Assembly: GCA_944383305.1 (NCBI GenBank)
Contig: CALWOZ010000001.1
Coordinates: forward strand, 5,026-29,025
DNA: 24,000 bases
Direction of reading: 5' to 3'
DNA from: an uncultured Clostridia bacterium
GTDB taxonomy: Bacteria; Bacillota; Clostridia; Lachnospirales; CAG-274
Made by a program: the position numbers and the translations under genes. Below are positions 15,477 through 24,000 of the stretch, one piece after another. Every line of letters starts with the position of its first letter. Position 1 is the first letter of the stretch. A model generated the notes under the pieces. That model made no database searches. It was not told the DNA's origin and worked only from the letters and a program-made list of their open reading frames with translations.

Positions 15477-16682
15477 ATGGAAAGTAAAAAAAAGTTTAAT
15501 ATTTTTTATATAACTGTATTTTGTATTTATATAAATTATTTTATACACGGTATAGGAGCGTCTATTTTAGCACAAAATACAAATTCTTTACAAGCGCTTT
15601 GGAATACAGATAATGCAGCTGTGTTATATGTTATATCAGCTCTTGGAATAGGTAGATTTATAGCGTTGCCGTTTTCTGGAGTTATATCCGATAAATTTGG
15701 AAGAAGACCAACTATTATAATGGGTATGATTTTTTATATTTTATTCTTTGGATTAATATTAGTTACACCTAATTCAAAAGTAGCATTTTTTGTTGCGCTT
15801 TTAGCTGGTATTGCAAATTCTTTCTTAGATTCAGGGTGTATACCAGCTGCTATGGAAATTTTAGTTAATTCAACAGGATTTGCTAGTATTTTAACAAAAC
15901 TTTTTATTTCAATAGGTCAATATTTATTACCAATGATAGTAGGATTTTTAGTTGGAAATAACTTATATTTTGGATATTCATTTATATTATGTATTGTTTT
16001 ATTAATAATTAATGGTATATTTTTAATATTGTTACCATTTCCAGCCCAAAATTCTGATAAAAAAGAAGAAAAAGTTGAAGAAACTAACTCTGCACCTACA
16101 ATAAAATCGAATTTTTATATAGAAGGTATTGCCTTAATTATAATAGGATTTACATCAACTGCTACATTCCAAATTTTCTTAAATGTTAATAAGGCTTTTG
16201 GTATGGATATAATAGGTTTATCTGAAAGTGTTGCAGGTAAAATACAATCTAACTATGCAATGGGCTCTATTTGGGCAGTTATTATTACGGCCATTTTAGT
16301 TAAAAAGTTAATTAAACCAGTTAGATTTTTAATTATATATCCATTAATTTCTTTTATAACATTATTAGCTATGTTTATAATAAGAACAGAAAGTGTGGCA
16401 CTTATAGGTGGATTTTTAGTTGGATTTAGTGCAGCAGGTGGTGTTTTACAGCTTGCAGTTTCAACAATGGCAGATTTATTCCCTGTTTCAAAAGGTAAAA
16501 TAACAAGTATGATAATGCTTTCATCTAGTGTAGCTACATTTAGTGTTACTGCTATTGCTGGATTTATCACTGGAAGCTTTGGAATAGAGTATACATTACT
16601 TATGGCTGGCATTGTTACAGGAATAGGGGCAATACTTGCAGTTATTGTAAATTTAAGATATAACGCTTTATCAAAACAATAA
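15477..16682 (+). CDS. MFS transporter (candidate hydroaromatic/quinate-shikimate importer)
   Basis: About 12 predicted TM segments with the MFS loop motif GVISDKFGRRPTII. GGAGG lies 5 nt before ATG 15477 (the tracked TTG 15465 lies in the SD). It is co-oriented with aroD and ydiB. Confidence 0.85.
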   Translation: MESKKKFNIFYITVFCIYINYFIHGIGASILAQNTNSLQALWNTDNAAVLYVISALGIGRFIALPFSGVISDKFGRRPTIIMGMIFYILFFGLILVTPNSKVAFFVALLAGIANSFLDSGCIPAAMEILVNSTGFASILTKLFISIGQYLLPMIVGFLVGNNLYFGYSFILCIVLLIINGIFLILLPFPAQNSDKKEEKVEETNSAPTIKSNFYIEGIALIIIGFTSTATFQIFLNVNKAFGMDIIGLSESVAGKIQSNYAMGSIWAVIITAILVKKLIKPVRFLIIYPLISFITLLAMFIIRTESVALIGGFLVGFSAAGGVLQLAVSTMADLFPVSKGKITSMIMLSSSVATFSVTAIAGFITGSFGIEYTLLMAGIVTGIGAILAVIVNLRYNALSKQ

Positions 16683-16867
16683 ATAATAGCTTGTATTATA
16701 TTCCTAATATTTTTCAATCCAAAAATTAAAATAAAAGCTGTTTACAATTTTTGGACTGAATAACTAAATAATAGAAGTTTAAATTGTTGCCTTCGTTTTT
16801 TGACGAAGGTAATAATTTACTCAAAATATGAATTTTTTAATAAAATTAAAAGTAAGGAGCATTTATA

Positions 16868-18862
16868 ATGAAAAAATATAAAAATTTATTTAGTCCTTTA
16901 ACTATAAAAAATATGACTATTAAAAATAGAACAGTTATGCCTCCAATGGGAACAAATTATGGTGGAGCAAATGGAGAATTTTTAGAAAAACATATTAAGT
17001 ATTATGAACAAAGAGCAAAAGGTGGTACTGGTCTTATTATTGTAGAAAATGTTTGTGTTGATTTTCCTTTAGGCTCTAATGGTACAACTCAAATTAGATT
17101 AAATGAAGATAAATTTATACCTGGATTATATACTCTTACAGATAGACTTCACAAACAAGGTGCTTGTGTTGCTATACAAATAAATCATTCAGGAGCATCT
17201 GCTGTCCCTAGTAGAATTGGTACTCAGCCAGTTTCAGCCTCAAACATACCTTCTAAAACAGGTGGAGCTATACCACGACCTTTAGAAAAAGAAGAAATTG
17301 AAGAAATTGTAAATAAATATGCGCAAGCTGCTAAAAGAGCTCAAATTGCAGGATTTGACGCAGTTGAGATACACGCAGGTCATTCTTATTTAATAAGTCA
17401 GTTTTTATCTCCTATATTTAACAAAAGAACAGATGAATTTGGTGGAAGTCCAGAAAATAGAGCAAGATTTTGCCGTATGATAATAGATAAAGTTAGAGCA
17501 GAAGTTGGAGAAATGTTCCCTATTATATTAAGAGTAAGTGCTGATGAATTTTTAGAAGGTGGAAACACTTTAGAAGATACTCTTGAAATTTTAGAATTTT
17601 TAAATGATGGAGTTGATATATTTAATGTTTCTGCAGCATTAAATGATTCTATACAATATCAAATAGATGCTATGTATTTAGAAGATGGTTGGAGAAGCTA
17701 TATGTCTGAAGCTGTTAAAAAGAAATTTAATAAACCAACTATTACAACAGGTAATATAAGAAATCCAGAGGTAGCAGAAGATATTCTAGCAACTGGTAAA
17801 GCTGACCTTATTGGTATGGGACGTGGACTTATTGCCGATCCATATTGGGTAGAAAAAGTTAAAAATGGTAAAGAAGAAACTTTAAGAAAATGTATCTCTT
17901 GTAATATAGGTTGTGCAGGTCATAGAATAGCTTTAAACAGACCTATTAAATGTACTATAAATCCAGATTTAATTTTTGAAAACGAATATAAAAATTTAAA
18001 AGTTAATAAACCAACAAATGCAGTTGTTATTGGTGGTGGAAGCGCTGGACTTGAGGCGGCTTGTACACTTGCAGAAGTTGGCTGTACAACATTTTTATTA
18101 GAAAAAAGAGATTATCTTGGAGGACTTTCAAGAGATATTTCTAAATTTCCAGAAAAAAGAAGAATTGGAGATTTTCCAGATTATTTAGAAAACAGAGCTA
18201 AAAATCTTAAAAACTTAATTGTATTTACAAATACAGAAGCTACTATTGAAAATGTAGAAAATTTAAAACCAGATATTATTGTTAATGCAACAGGTTCTAG
18301 ACCTTTATTACCTCCAATTAAAGGCTTACACGAATATGTTGATAAAGAAAATTCAAATGTATTCTCTATATTTGGTACTATGAAAAATATGGATAAATTT
18401 GAATTTGAACAAAAAGAAGTAGTTATTATCGGTGGTGGAGCAGTTGGACTTGATATAGTAGAGTTTTTTGCGCAAAGAGGAGCAAAAGTATCTATCGTTG
18501 AAAGATTACCTATGTTGGGAAAAGACTTAGACCATATTACAAGAATTTCTATGATGCATATAATTAAAGAAAAAGGTGTTAATGTTTATACAAACACTTC
18601 TTTAATGGAAGTTAAAGAAGATAGATTTATAGTTGAACTTGAAAACAAAGAAATGAAAGAACTTAAATTTGATTATGGATTTGTTTGTTTAGGTATGGTT
18701 AGTGAAAAAGGAATATTAGCAGACTTACAAGAAAAATTTGAAGAAAATGATATACCTGTTGTTAATATTGGTGATAGCTTTAGACCACGAAAAATCTTAG
18801 AAGGTGTTGAAGAAGGAAGATTTATAACTAATACATTAGCAAAAATGGGTCTTTTAAACTAA
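16868..18862 (+). CDS. Fe-S flavoenzyme of the 2-enoate reductase / 2,4-dienoyl-CoA reductase family (OYE-like FMN domain, 4Fe-4S, FAD/NAD(P) domain)
   Basis: 664 aa. OYE motifs are NRTVMPPMGTNY and HAGHSYLISQFLSP. The cluster motif is CISCNIGCAGH...C. Two Rossmann GxGxxG motifs are present (VVIGGGSAGLEAA, VVIIGGGAVGLDIVE). Confidence 0.85.
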   Translation: MKKYKNLFSPLTIKNMTIKNRTVMPPMGTNYGGANGEFLEKHIKYYEQRAKGGTGLIIVENVCVDFPLGSNGTTQIRLNEDKFIPGLYTLTDRLHKQGACVAIQINHSGASAVPSRIGTQPVSASNIPSKTGGAIPRPLEKEEIEEIVNKYAQAAKRAQIAGFDAVEIHAGHSYLISQFLSPIFNKRTDEFGGSPENRARFCRMIIDKVRAEVGEMFPIILRVSADEFLEGGNTLEDTLEILEFLNDGVDIFNVSAALNDSIQYQIDAMYLEDGWRSYMSEAVKKKFNKPTITTGNIRNPEVAEDILATGKADLIGMGRGLIADPYWVEKVKNGKEETLRKCISCNIGCAGHRIALNRPIKCTINPDLIFENEYKNLKVNKPTNAVVIGGGSAGLEAACTLAEVGCTTFLLEKRDYLGGLSRDISKFPEKRRIGDFPDYLENRAKNLKNLIVFTNTEATIENVENLKPDIIVNATGSRPLLPPIKGLHEYVDKENSNVFSIFGTMKNMDKFEFEQKEVVIIGGGAVGLDIVEFFAQRGAKVSIVERLPMLGKDLDHITRISMMHIIKEKGVNVYTNTSLMEVKEDRFIVELENKEMKELKFDYGFVCLGMVSEKGILADLQEKFEENDIPVVNIGDSFRPRKILEGVEEGRFITNTLAKMGLLN

Positions 18863-18885
18863 TTTTATAAATTTATATTTAAAAT

Positions 18886-18925
18886 AAAGAAGATAGATTA
18901 ATTTAAAATTTATCTTCTTTATTTT
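18886..18925 (+). terminator. Terminator of the aroD-to-reductase operon
   Basis: AAAGAAGATA (18886-18895) pairs with TATCTTCTTT (18911-18920) across a 15-nt loop. TTTT follows at 18922-18925. Confidence 0.6.
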
Positions 18926-18971
18926 ATAATTAAAATAATTTATTTTATTAATAATTTTAAGGTATATACTG

Positions 18972-19286
18972 ACACTATCTTGGAATGAAAAGGGTGGATA
19001 TAGAATAGGTATCAAATCTAAAAATGGTAATTATTATTATTATGCACATTTAGATAGCTATGAACAAGGTATTGAAAAAGGAAAAGAAATATCAGCAGGA
19101 GATACTTTAGGATATATGGGCAATACTGGATATAGCAAAGCAGAGGGAACTAAAGGTAACTTTGAGGTACATTTACATATGGGCATAGAAGTGGAAACAA
19201 GCCTTACAAAAAATGAACTTTGGATAAATCCATATCCATTTTTAAGTTTAATAGAAAATAGTCAAAAAAATAGTAGTGAAAAGTAA
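18972..19286 (+). pseudogene. 5'-truncated M23 (LytM-type) metallopeptidase gene remnant
   Basis: The frame reads LSWNEKGGYRIGIKSKNGNYYYYAHLDSYEQGIEKGKEISAGDTLGYMGNTGYSKAEGTKGNFEVHLHMGIE...NPYPFL, ending at TAA 19284-19286. It keeps the YAHL and HLH motifs. It has no start codon and no upstream HxxxD motif. In-frame sequence upstream of about 18970 is AT-rich non-coding and reaches a stop at 18936. Confidence 0.65.
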
Positions 19287-19353
19287 TAAGTTATTATTTA
19301 AATATTTAATACTAAAAAATTAAAAATATTTTACAAAATAATATATTTTAGTA

Positions 19354-19382
19354 TTGATTTTAAATATATTATTTATTATAAT
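19354..19382 (+). promoter_or_regulatory. Candidate sigma-A promoter
   Basis: TTGATT (19354-19359), a 17-nt spacer, then TATAAT (19377-19382), upstream of ORF 19449. Confidence 0.4.
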
Positions 19383-19448
19383 TAAAATATAAGATAAAAC
19401 TAATTATTTTATTTTTATTATATTATAATAATAAAGGAGAAAAATAAT

Positions 19449-19877
19449 ATGAAAGTTTGTAAAGAGTGTGGAGAAATAAACAAAGATAGTGATAATTTTT
19501 GTAAAAATTGTTTTTGTAAAGAGTTTGTTGAATATAACACAGAGAAAAATAAGTCATTAAAACAGATAAATAAAATTAGCACCATAAATGAAAATATAAA
19601 AACAACTTTTATATTGTTATTTTTTATAATTTTAATATTTGCATATGTAGTTGGTTATATTAACAAAACATTATTATTTGATGATTTTATTTTTAATTTA
19701 TTTTTAAATATAATTAGCTTTTTATTTATATTCTTTACAGATAAAATCACTTATTTGTTCCTTTCTTTGATTATCAATGATTATAAAAATGAAACATCGG
19801 ATATATTTTTTTATTTTATTAAGATAATTGGGATTATTATATATATAAAAAGTATATATTATATAATTTTTATGTAA
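19449..19877 (+). CDS. Zinc-ribbon membrane protein (hypothetical)
   Basis: It has an N-terminal CKECGEINKDSDNFCKNC ribbon followed by 3-4 hydrophobic segments. AAGGAG lies before the ATG. Confidence 0.6.
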   Translation: MKVCKECGEINKDSDNFCKNCFCKEFVEYNTEKNKSLKQINKISTINENIKTTFILLFFIILIFAYVVGYINKTLLFDDFIFNLFLNIISFLFIFFTDKITYLFLSLIINDYKNETSDIFFYFIKIIGIIIYIKSIYYIIFM

Positions 19878-19911
19878 ACTAAAACAGACAGCTTAGCTGT
19901 CTGTTTTAGTT
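19877..19911. terminator. Bidirectional terminator between convergent ORFs
   Basis: ACTAAAACAGACAGC (19878-19892) pairs with GCTGTCTGTTTTAGT (19896-19910), giving 15 perfect bp and a 3-nt loop. It touches both stop codons. Confidence 0.8.
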
Positions 19912-20477
19912 TAATGATTTCTAACTATTGTTTTAGGGATATATGTTGTTCCTGGGAGTCCTGGATTACCAATTGTATTAACTGTACTTAATTCAACTTG
20001 AACTGTCCAGTTATTTTCAATAGTAAAACTTTTATTTACATAATTTACACCTTTTGTATTGTTACTTTGCCAAAAATACATATCATAAGTAGAACCAGAA
20101 TATTTGTGTAAAGCAACTCCAACGCCAACAGGAACATAACTAGGGGTATCAACAACATTAGTCCAATTTATTGTTAAAACTCTTCTACCATTACTATAAG
20201 TTGTAACATTATAGTCAACTTCAGAAAAGTACTCACTATTTCCTGTAACTATAAGTCTAAAATGGTCATTTTGTGTACTTCTATTTTTTTCTGAACTAAT
20301 TAATTTAGTTTCTACTGTAAATCCGTCAATGTTTATTTTACTGTTATTTAAGTTTGTAATATCTAATGCAGTATTTTTGATAGTTTGAAACTCTTCTTGA
20401 ACAGATATAGAATTATTATTAGCCAATGCCCAAGTTGTTTTATTAGTACCTAAAAGATTAAATTTAATTTCATACAT
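19911..20477 (-). CDS. Hypothetical beta-rich protein with no recognisable family
   Basis: This is the tracked ORF 19911-20498. The first 7 tracked codons lie in the fba terminator stem, so I start at the internal Met (MYEIKFNLLG); the start is uncertain by a few codons. There is no SD, signal peptide or TM segment. The composition is rich in N, T, S, V and Y. Confidence 0.45.
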   Translation of the reverse strand: MYEIKFNLLGTNKTTWALANNNSISVQEEFQTIKNTALDITNLNNSKINIDGFTVETKLISSEKNRSTQNDHFRLIVTGNSEYFSEVDYNVTTYSNGRRVLTINWTNVVDTPSYVPVGVGVALHKYSGSTYDMYFWQSNNTKGVNYVNKSFTIENNWTVQVELSTVNTIGNPGLPGTTYIPKTIVRNH

Positions 20478-20482
20478 ATTTA

Positions 20483-20515
20483 TAAAAATAAAACCCACCT
20501 AATGAAAGGTGGGTA
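20483..20515 (-). terminator. Terminator of fba
   Basis: On the minus strand, ACCCACCT and AGGTGGGT form an 8-bp stem with a 6-nt loop, followed by TTTTATTTTT. Confidence 0.7.
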
Positions 20516-20532
20516 AATTTAAAGATATAAAA

Positions 20533-21480
20533 TTATTTCATAGAATCTTTAGAACCTAAAACGTTTTCAATTTTATCTTCTACTAATTTTTGGATTAATT
20601 CTCTACTTGCACCTAAATATCCTCTAGGGTCAAAAGCAGATGGATTTTCACCAAAGAATTTTCTAATACCTGCTGTCATAGCAAGTCTTAAGTCTGTATC
20701 CATATTTATTTTGCATACAGCCATACTAGATGCTTTTCTAAGCATATCATTAGGGATACCACTAGCACCGTCAATTTTACCACCAAAATCATTACACATT
20801 TTTACACAATTTTGGTCAACTGAAGATGCACCGTGTAAAACAATAGGGAAATTATGTATACCTTCAGATTCTAATTTAGATGTAATGTTTTCAAGTATAT
20901 CAAATCTTAATTTAGCTTCACCTTTAAATTTGTATGCACCGTGGCTTGTACCTATAGCGATAGCTAAAGAATCTACACCAGTTCTTTTTATAAAGTCAAC
21001 AGCTTGATCTGGGTCAGTATAAGTAGCGTGTTCAGCAGCAACATTAACGTCATCTTCAACACCAGCTAACATACCAAGCTCAGCCTCAACTACAACACCT
21101 TTAGAGTGTGCATAGTCTACAACTTCTTTAGTTTTAGCAACGTTTTCTTCATATTCAAAATGAGAACCATCAAACATAACAGATGTAAAGCCAGCATCAA
21201 TAACTTTTTTTACAGTTTCTAAGTCTGGACCGTGGTCTAAATGTACTGCAATATCAATACCAGTTTCTTCGATAGCAGCTTTAACCATAGCCATTAAATA
21301 TTTAGGTCCAGCATATGCTAAAGCGCTTTTAGACACTTGTAAAATAACAGCAGAGTTAAGTTTAGCAGCAGCATTAACAACCCCTTGAATAATTTCCATA
21401 TTGTTGATATTAAAAGCACCGATAGCATATTTGCCCTCATAAGCTTTTTTAAACATTTCCTTAGTAGTAACTAAAGCCAT
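20533..21480 (-). CDS. fba: Fructose-1,6-bisphosphate aldolase, class II
   Basis: MALVTTKEMFKKAYEGKYAIGAFNINNMEIIQG, the HLDHG motif, GTSHGAYKF and VLHGASSV are typical of Bacillus/Clostridium-type class II FBA. GGGAGA lies 7 nt before ATG 21480 (the tracked TTG 21498 is an over-extension). Confidence 0.95.
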   Translation of the reverse strand: MALVTTKEMFKKAYEGKYAIGAFNINNMEIIQGVVNAAAKLNSAVILQVSKSALAYAGPKYLMAMVKAAIEETGIDIAVHLDHGPDLETVKKVIDAGFTSVMFDGSHFEYEENVAKTKEVVDYAHSKGVVVEAELGMLAGVEDDVNVAAEHATYTDPDQAVDFIKRTGVDSLAIAIGTSHGAYKFKGEAKLRFDILENITSKLESEGIHNFPIVLHGASSVDQNCVKMCNDFGGKIDGASGIPNDMLRKASSMAVCKINMDTDLRLAMTAGIRKFFGENPSAFDPRGYLGASRELIQKLVEDKIENVLGSKDSMK

Positions 21481-21655
21481 TTTATTATCTCCCTTCAAAA
21501 AAACATTTTTGTAATATAATTATAATATATTTTTAATATTAATACAATGGGAAAATTAAATATTTATATAAAAAATTACTAGAATAAATATATTTTTTTT
21601 GTTATTTTTATATATAAAATTTATGTTATAATATAAAAATATAGGAGGTGGATTT

Positions 21656-22108
21656 ATGATATACTTTTTTATAGTGATAATATTAGTATTATTAGATTTA
21701 TATTCTAAAGAGTATATAAAAAATAGGTATAAAATAAATGAAAAAGTAAATTTATATAAAGATAAATTATATATTTATCATACAAAAAATGAAGGATTTG
21801 CTTATGGAGTTTTAAAAAAATTTAAAAAGTTTATATATATAGTAGTATCTATATGCTTAATATTCGTATTTATCTTTTTCTTTAAATCTTTTAAAGAAAA
21901 TTCTAAAATAAAAAAATTAGCTTTTTCTTTTGCACTTGGAGGAGCATTAGGTAACTTTATAGATAGAGTACAAAATAAAAATATAACAGATTTTATATAT
22001 ATTAAATATAAAAAAGCACCTATATTTAATTTAGCAGATATATTTTTATTTACATCACCTATACTAATAGGTATAAAAGAAATAAAAGATATTATATTAA
22101 AGAAATAA
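21656..22108 (+). CDS. lspA: Lipoprotein signal peptidase II
   Basis: 150 aa with 4 TM segments. Motifs are NEGFAYGV, GGALGNFIDR and FNLADIF. A GGAGGTG SD is present. Confidence 0.9.
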   Translation: MIYFFIVIILVLLDLYSKEYIKNRYKINEKVNLYKDKLYIYHTKNEGFAYGVLKKFKKFIYIVVSICLIFVFIFFFKSFKENSKIKKLAFSFALGGALGNFIDRVQNKNITDFIYIKYKKAPIFNLADIFLFTSPILIGIKEIKDIILKK

Positions 22109-22203
22109 TATTGTTACTTTTTAATAACGTATAATTAAAAAATCACAGCATATTTTATATATAGACAAGATTTTTATCTTAAATAAAATATAGAGGTGAT
22201 TTT

Positions 22204-22728
22204 ATGAATTTAAAAAGGTATCATATAATAGGTTTTATCTTTACTATAATATTAGGAAGTATTTTACATTTTACCTATGATTTTTTTAATAAAAATATTA
22301 TAGTTGGATATTTTAGTGCTGTAAATGAAAGTACGTGGGAACATTTAAAACTGTTAATAACTCCTATTATAATATTTTCTATATACGAATATTTTGTATA
22401 TGGAAAAAACATAGATAATTTTATTATTATTAAAGCTTTATCTATTTTATTAGGTATGCTTGTTATTATAGCTTCGTTTTATACTTATAAAGGGATTATA
22501 GGAAAGGACTATTTTATATTAGATATTGCTACATTTATATTAGGAGCATTTTCAGCATATTATTTTAGTTATAAAATGATAGAGAATAAAAAATTTTATA
22601 ATGAAAATAGTAATTATATAGGGATTATAATATACTTTTTACTTATTTTTGCTATGATATATTTTACAACTAATCCTCCTAAAATAAATCTATTTTTAGA
22701 CCCTATTACAAATACTTATGGTATATAA
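22204..22728 (+). CDS. Conserved integral membrane protein (DUF6512-like, from memory)
   Basis: 174 aa with about 5 TM segments and the NESTWEHLKL motif. An AGAGGTGA SD is present. Confidence 0.65.
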   Translation: MNLKRYHIIGFIFTIILGSILHFTYDFFNKNIIVGYFSAVNESTWEHLKLLITPIIIFSIYEYFVYGKNIDNFIIIKALSILLGMLVIIASFYTYKGIIGKDYFILDIATFILGAFSAYYFSYKMIENKKFYNENSNYIGIIIYFLLIFAMIYFTTNPPKINLFLDPITNTYGI

Positions 22729-22750
22729 TAATATTTTTATAAAATAATAC

Positions 22751-22779
22751 TTGAAATAATAATAAATTTATGGTATAAA
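22751..22779 (+). promoter_or_regulatory. Candidate promoter of the leuS leader
   Basis: TTGAAA (22751-22756), a 17-nt spacer, then TATAAA (22774-22779) preceded by TGG (extended -10-like). Confidence 0.5.
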
Positions 22780-22829
22780 TTAATGGTATATAAAATGCTA
22801 AGAAGAGGAATATTAAGCAAATAAGTATT

Positions 22830-23055
22830 TTTAGAGAGTTGACGGTTGGTGTAAGTCAATATTACTTTTTGCCCAACTCACCTTGGAGCAAAAACATTGA
22901 AATTAACAGTAGGTGTTTTCGGTTGTCACCGTTATAGACTTATAAGTGCGTAAATTTAGGTCATACCTTTTACGAAATAGAGTGGTACCACGGAAAAAAG
23001 CCCCTTTCGTCTCTATATTTTAAAGCTAGTGCTTTAAAGAGATAAAGGGGCTTTA
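22830..23055 (+). promoter_or_regulatory. T-box leader (tRNA-Leu sensing, specifier CUC)
   Basis: It has an AGAGA box (22833-22837) and a specifier-loop CUC followed by A (22877-22880). The T-box sequence is AGAGTGGTACCACGG (22978-22992). The long terminator hairpin AAAGCCCCTTT...AAAGGGGCTTT (22997-23054) competes with it. leuS lies immediately downstream. Confidence 0.85.
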
Positions 23056-23086
23056 AATATTTATTAAAATTATTTTGGAGGTTAAT

Positions 23087-24000
23087 ATGAACAAATATGA
23101 TTTTAATAGCCTTGAGAAAAAATGGCGTAAAATTTGGGAACAAAATCCAATAAATCCCACTAATACTAATAAACCTAAATATTATTGTTTAGATATGTTT
23201 CCATATCCATCGGGAAACGGCTTACACGTTGGACATTGGAGAGGATATGTTTTAAGTGATGTAATAAGTAGATATAAAGTTTTACAAGGATATGAAGTTT
23301 TGCACCCTATGGGGTGGGACGCATTTGGCTTACCAGCTGAAAATTATGCTATTAAAACAGGTATACATCCATCTGTTGCAACAGAACAAAGTATAGCAAA
23401 TGTTAAAAGACAATTAAAAGAAATAAGTGCTATTTATGATTGGGACAAGGAGATAAATACAACAGACCCTAAATATTATAAATGGACACAATGGATATTT
23501 CTTAAAATGTTTGAAAATGGATTAGCCTATGAAAAAGAAATGCCTTTAAACTGGTGTCCTAGCTGTAAAGCTGTTCTTGCTAATGAAGAGGCTACAAATG
23601 GTGAATGTGATAGATGTGGTTCTCAAGTTACTAAAAAAAATCTTCGTCAATGGATGCTTAAAATAACAAACTATGCAGAAAGACTTTTAAATGATTTAGA
23701 ACAATTAGACTGGCCAGAAAAAGTTAAAAAAATGCAAGCAGACTGGATAGGTAAAAGCTATGGAGCAGAAGTAGACTTTTTGGTTGATGGAAAAGAAGAA
23801 AAAATCAAAGTTTTTACAACAAGACCTGACACATTATATGGAGCTTGTTTTATGGTGTTAGCACCAGAGCATAGTGTTATAAAAAACATTGTTACTAGTG
23901 AACAAAAAGAGGCAGTGGAGCAATATATATTTGAGGCAAGTACAAAATCTTCTGTTGATAGAATGACTGAAAAAGAAAAGACTGGAGTATTTACAGGAGC
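23087..24000 (+). CDS. leuS: Leucyl-tRNA synthetase (5' part; continues beyond the window)
   Basis: GGAGG lies 6 nt before ATG 23087. The sequence reads [20 protein letters not shown]...[23 protein letters not shown] (HIGH-type motif) ...[20 protein letters not shown]. The frame stays open to position 24000. Confidence 0.95.
   Translation, partial: MNKYDFNSLEKKWRKIWEQNPINPTNTNKPKYYCLDMFPYPSGNGLHVGHWRGYVLSDVISRYKVLQGYEVLHPMGWDAFGLPAENYAIKTGIHPSVATEQSIANVKRQLKEISAIYDWDKEINTTDPKYYKWTQWIFLKMFENGLAYEKEMPLNWCPSCKAVLANEEATNGECDRCGSQVTKKNLRQWMLKITNYAERLLNDLEQLDWPEKVKKMQADWIGKSYGAEVDFLVDGKEEKIKVFTTRPDTLYGACFMVLAPEHSVIKNIVTSEQKEAVEQYIFEASTKSSVDRMTEKEKTGVFTG

Noticed and set aside
16253-16717. A minus-strand 154-aa ORF over the 3' half of the MFS gene
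   Set aside because: It is a shadow of the MFS CDS. Its hydrophobic mirror sequence is what one expects opposite a membrane-protein gene.
18961-18978. GGTATATACTG at the M23 breakpoint resembles GGTTGTATACTG (11112-11123) at the end of the LSR array, and ACACTA recurs at 11150-11155: shared att half-site?
   Set aside because: The common core is only the 7-mer TATACTG. At this base composition I estimate a few chance occurrences per strand in 24 kb. No matching inverted half-site was found at the left boundary (1636-1700). It is worth a computational check but is not claimable by eye.
18972-19286. The M23 fragment as the missing toxin tip of the RHS stub at 1000-1635, implying a single gene split by a 17-kb insertion
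   Set aside because: The stub lacks the rest of the RHS core, and the M23 part lacks its own N-terminal half. The two pieces therefore do not join into one ORF. The M23 sequence looks like the common housekeeping GG.RIGI/YAHL type.
20460-20498. The 5' end of tracked ORF 19911-20498
   Set aside because: The tracked start lies in the fba terminator stem, so it is unlikely to be used. When I translated 20460-20480 by hand, the A run there seemed one base longer than the track implies. That would put the first roughly 13 tracked codons out of frame. I could not reconcile the two readings without tools, so I treat only the 3' part as reliable and make no frameshift claim.
20711-21007. A + strand 98-aa ORF inside fba
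   Set aside because: It is a shadow of a highly conserved CDS.
1960-21498. Longer TTG/GTG starts given by the ORF track for 1960, 3145, 13578, 15465 and 21498
   Set aside because: In each case the alternative start lies inside or immediately next to the Shine-Dalgarno sequence. An ATG 9-18 nt downstream has proper SD spacing, and I used those ATGs.

Overview
This is a very AT-rich, Firmicute-like window (Clostridia-type, with SD-led genes and a T-box leader) in three parts. (1) 1-1635 is the tail of a polymorphic-toxin locus. It holds the 3' end of a toxin-like ORF, a duplicated and fused immunity-like gene whose only ATG is out of frame, and an orphan YD/RHS-repeat stub. (2) 1636-11166 is an integrative-element remnant made almost entirely of recombination and regulation functions. 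It starts with a sigma-70 region-4 protein. Next comes a 775-nt ORF-free block with three covarying 27-nt hairpin repeats, a long palindrome and a GC-richer patch, followed by a small DUF6870-like protein. Five co-directional TnpX/TndX-type large serine recombinase (LSR) genes follow: an overlapping A-B-C triplet, a catalytic-domain-less A paralog and a second B paralog. The array ends at a 10-N29-10 inverted repeat. (3) 11226-24000 holds chromosomal genes: a DAACS-type symporter and a LysR regulator divergent from an aroD / ydiB-like / MFS / ene-reductase (OYE + Fe-S + FAD) operon. These are followed by a 5'-truncated M23 peptidase remnant, a zinc-ribbon membrane protein, an orphan beta-rich ORF, fba, lspA and a membrane protein. 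A Leu (CUC) T-box leader then precedes leuS, which runs off the window. I saw no rRNA, tRNA or CRISPR array. The most interesting part is the recombinase array together with the structured non-coding block upstream of it. All family names come from motif recognition by eye; no searches were run.
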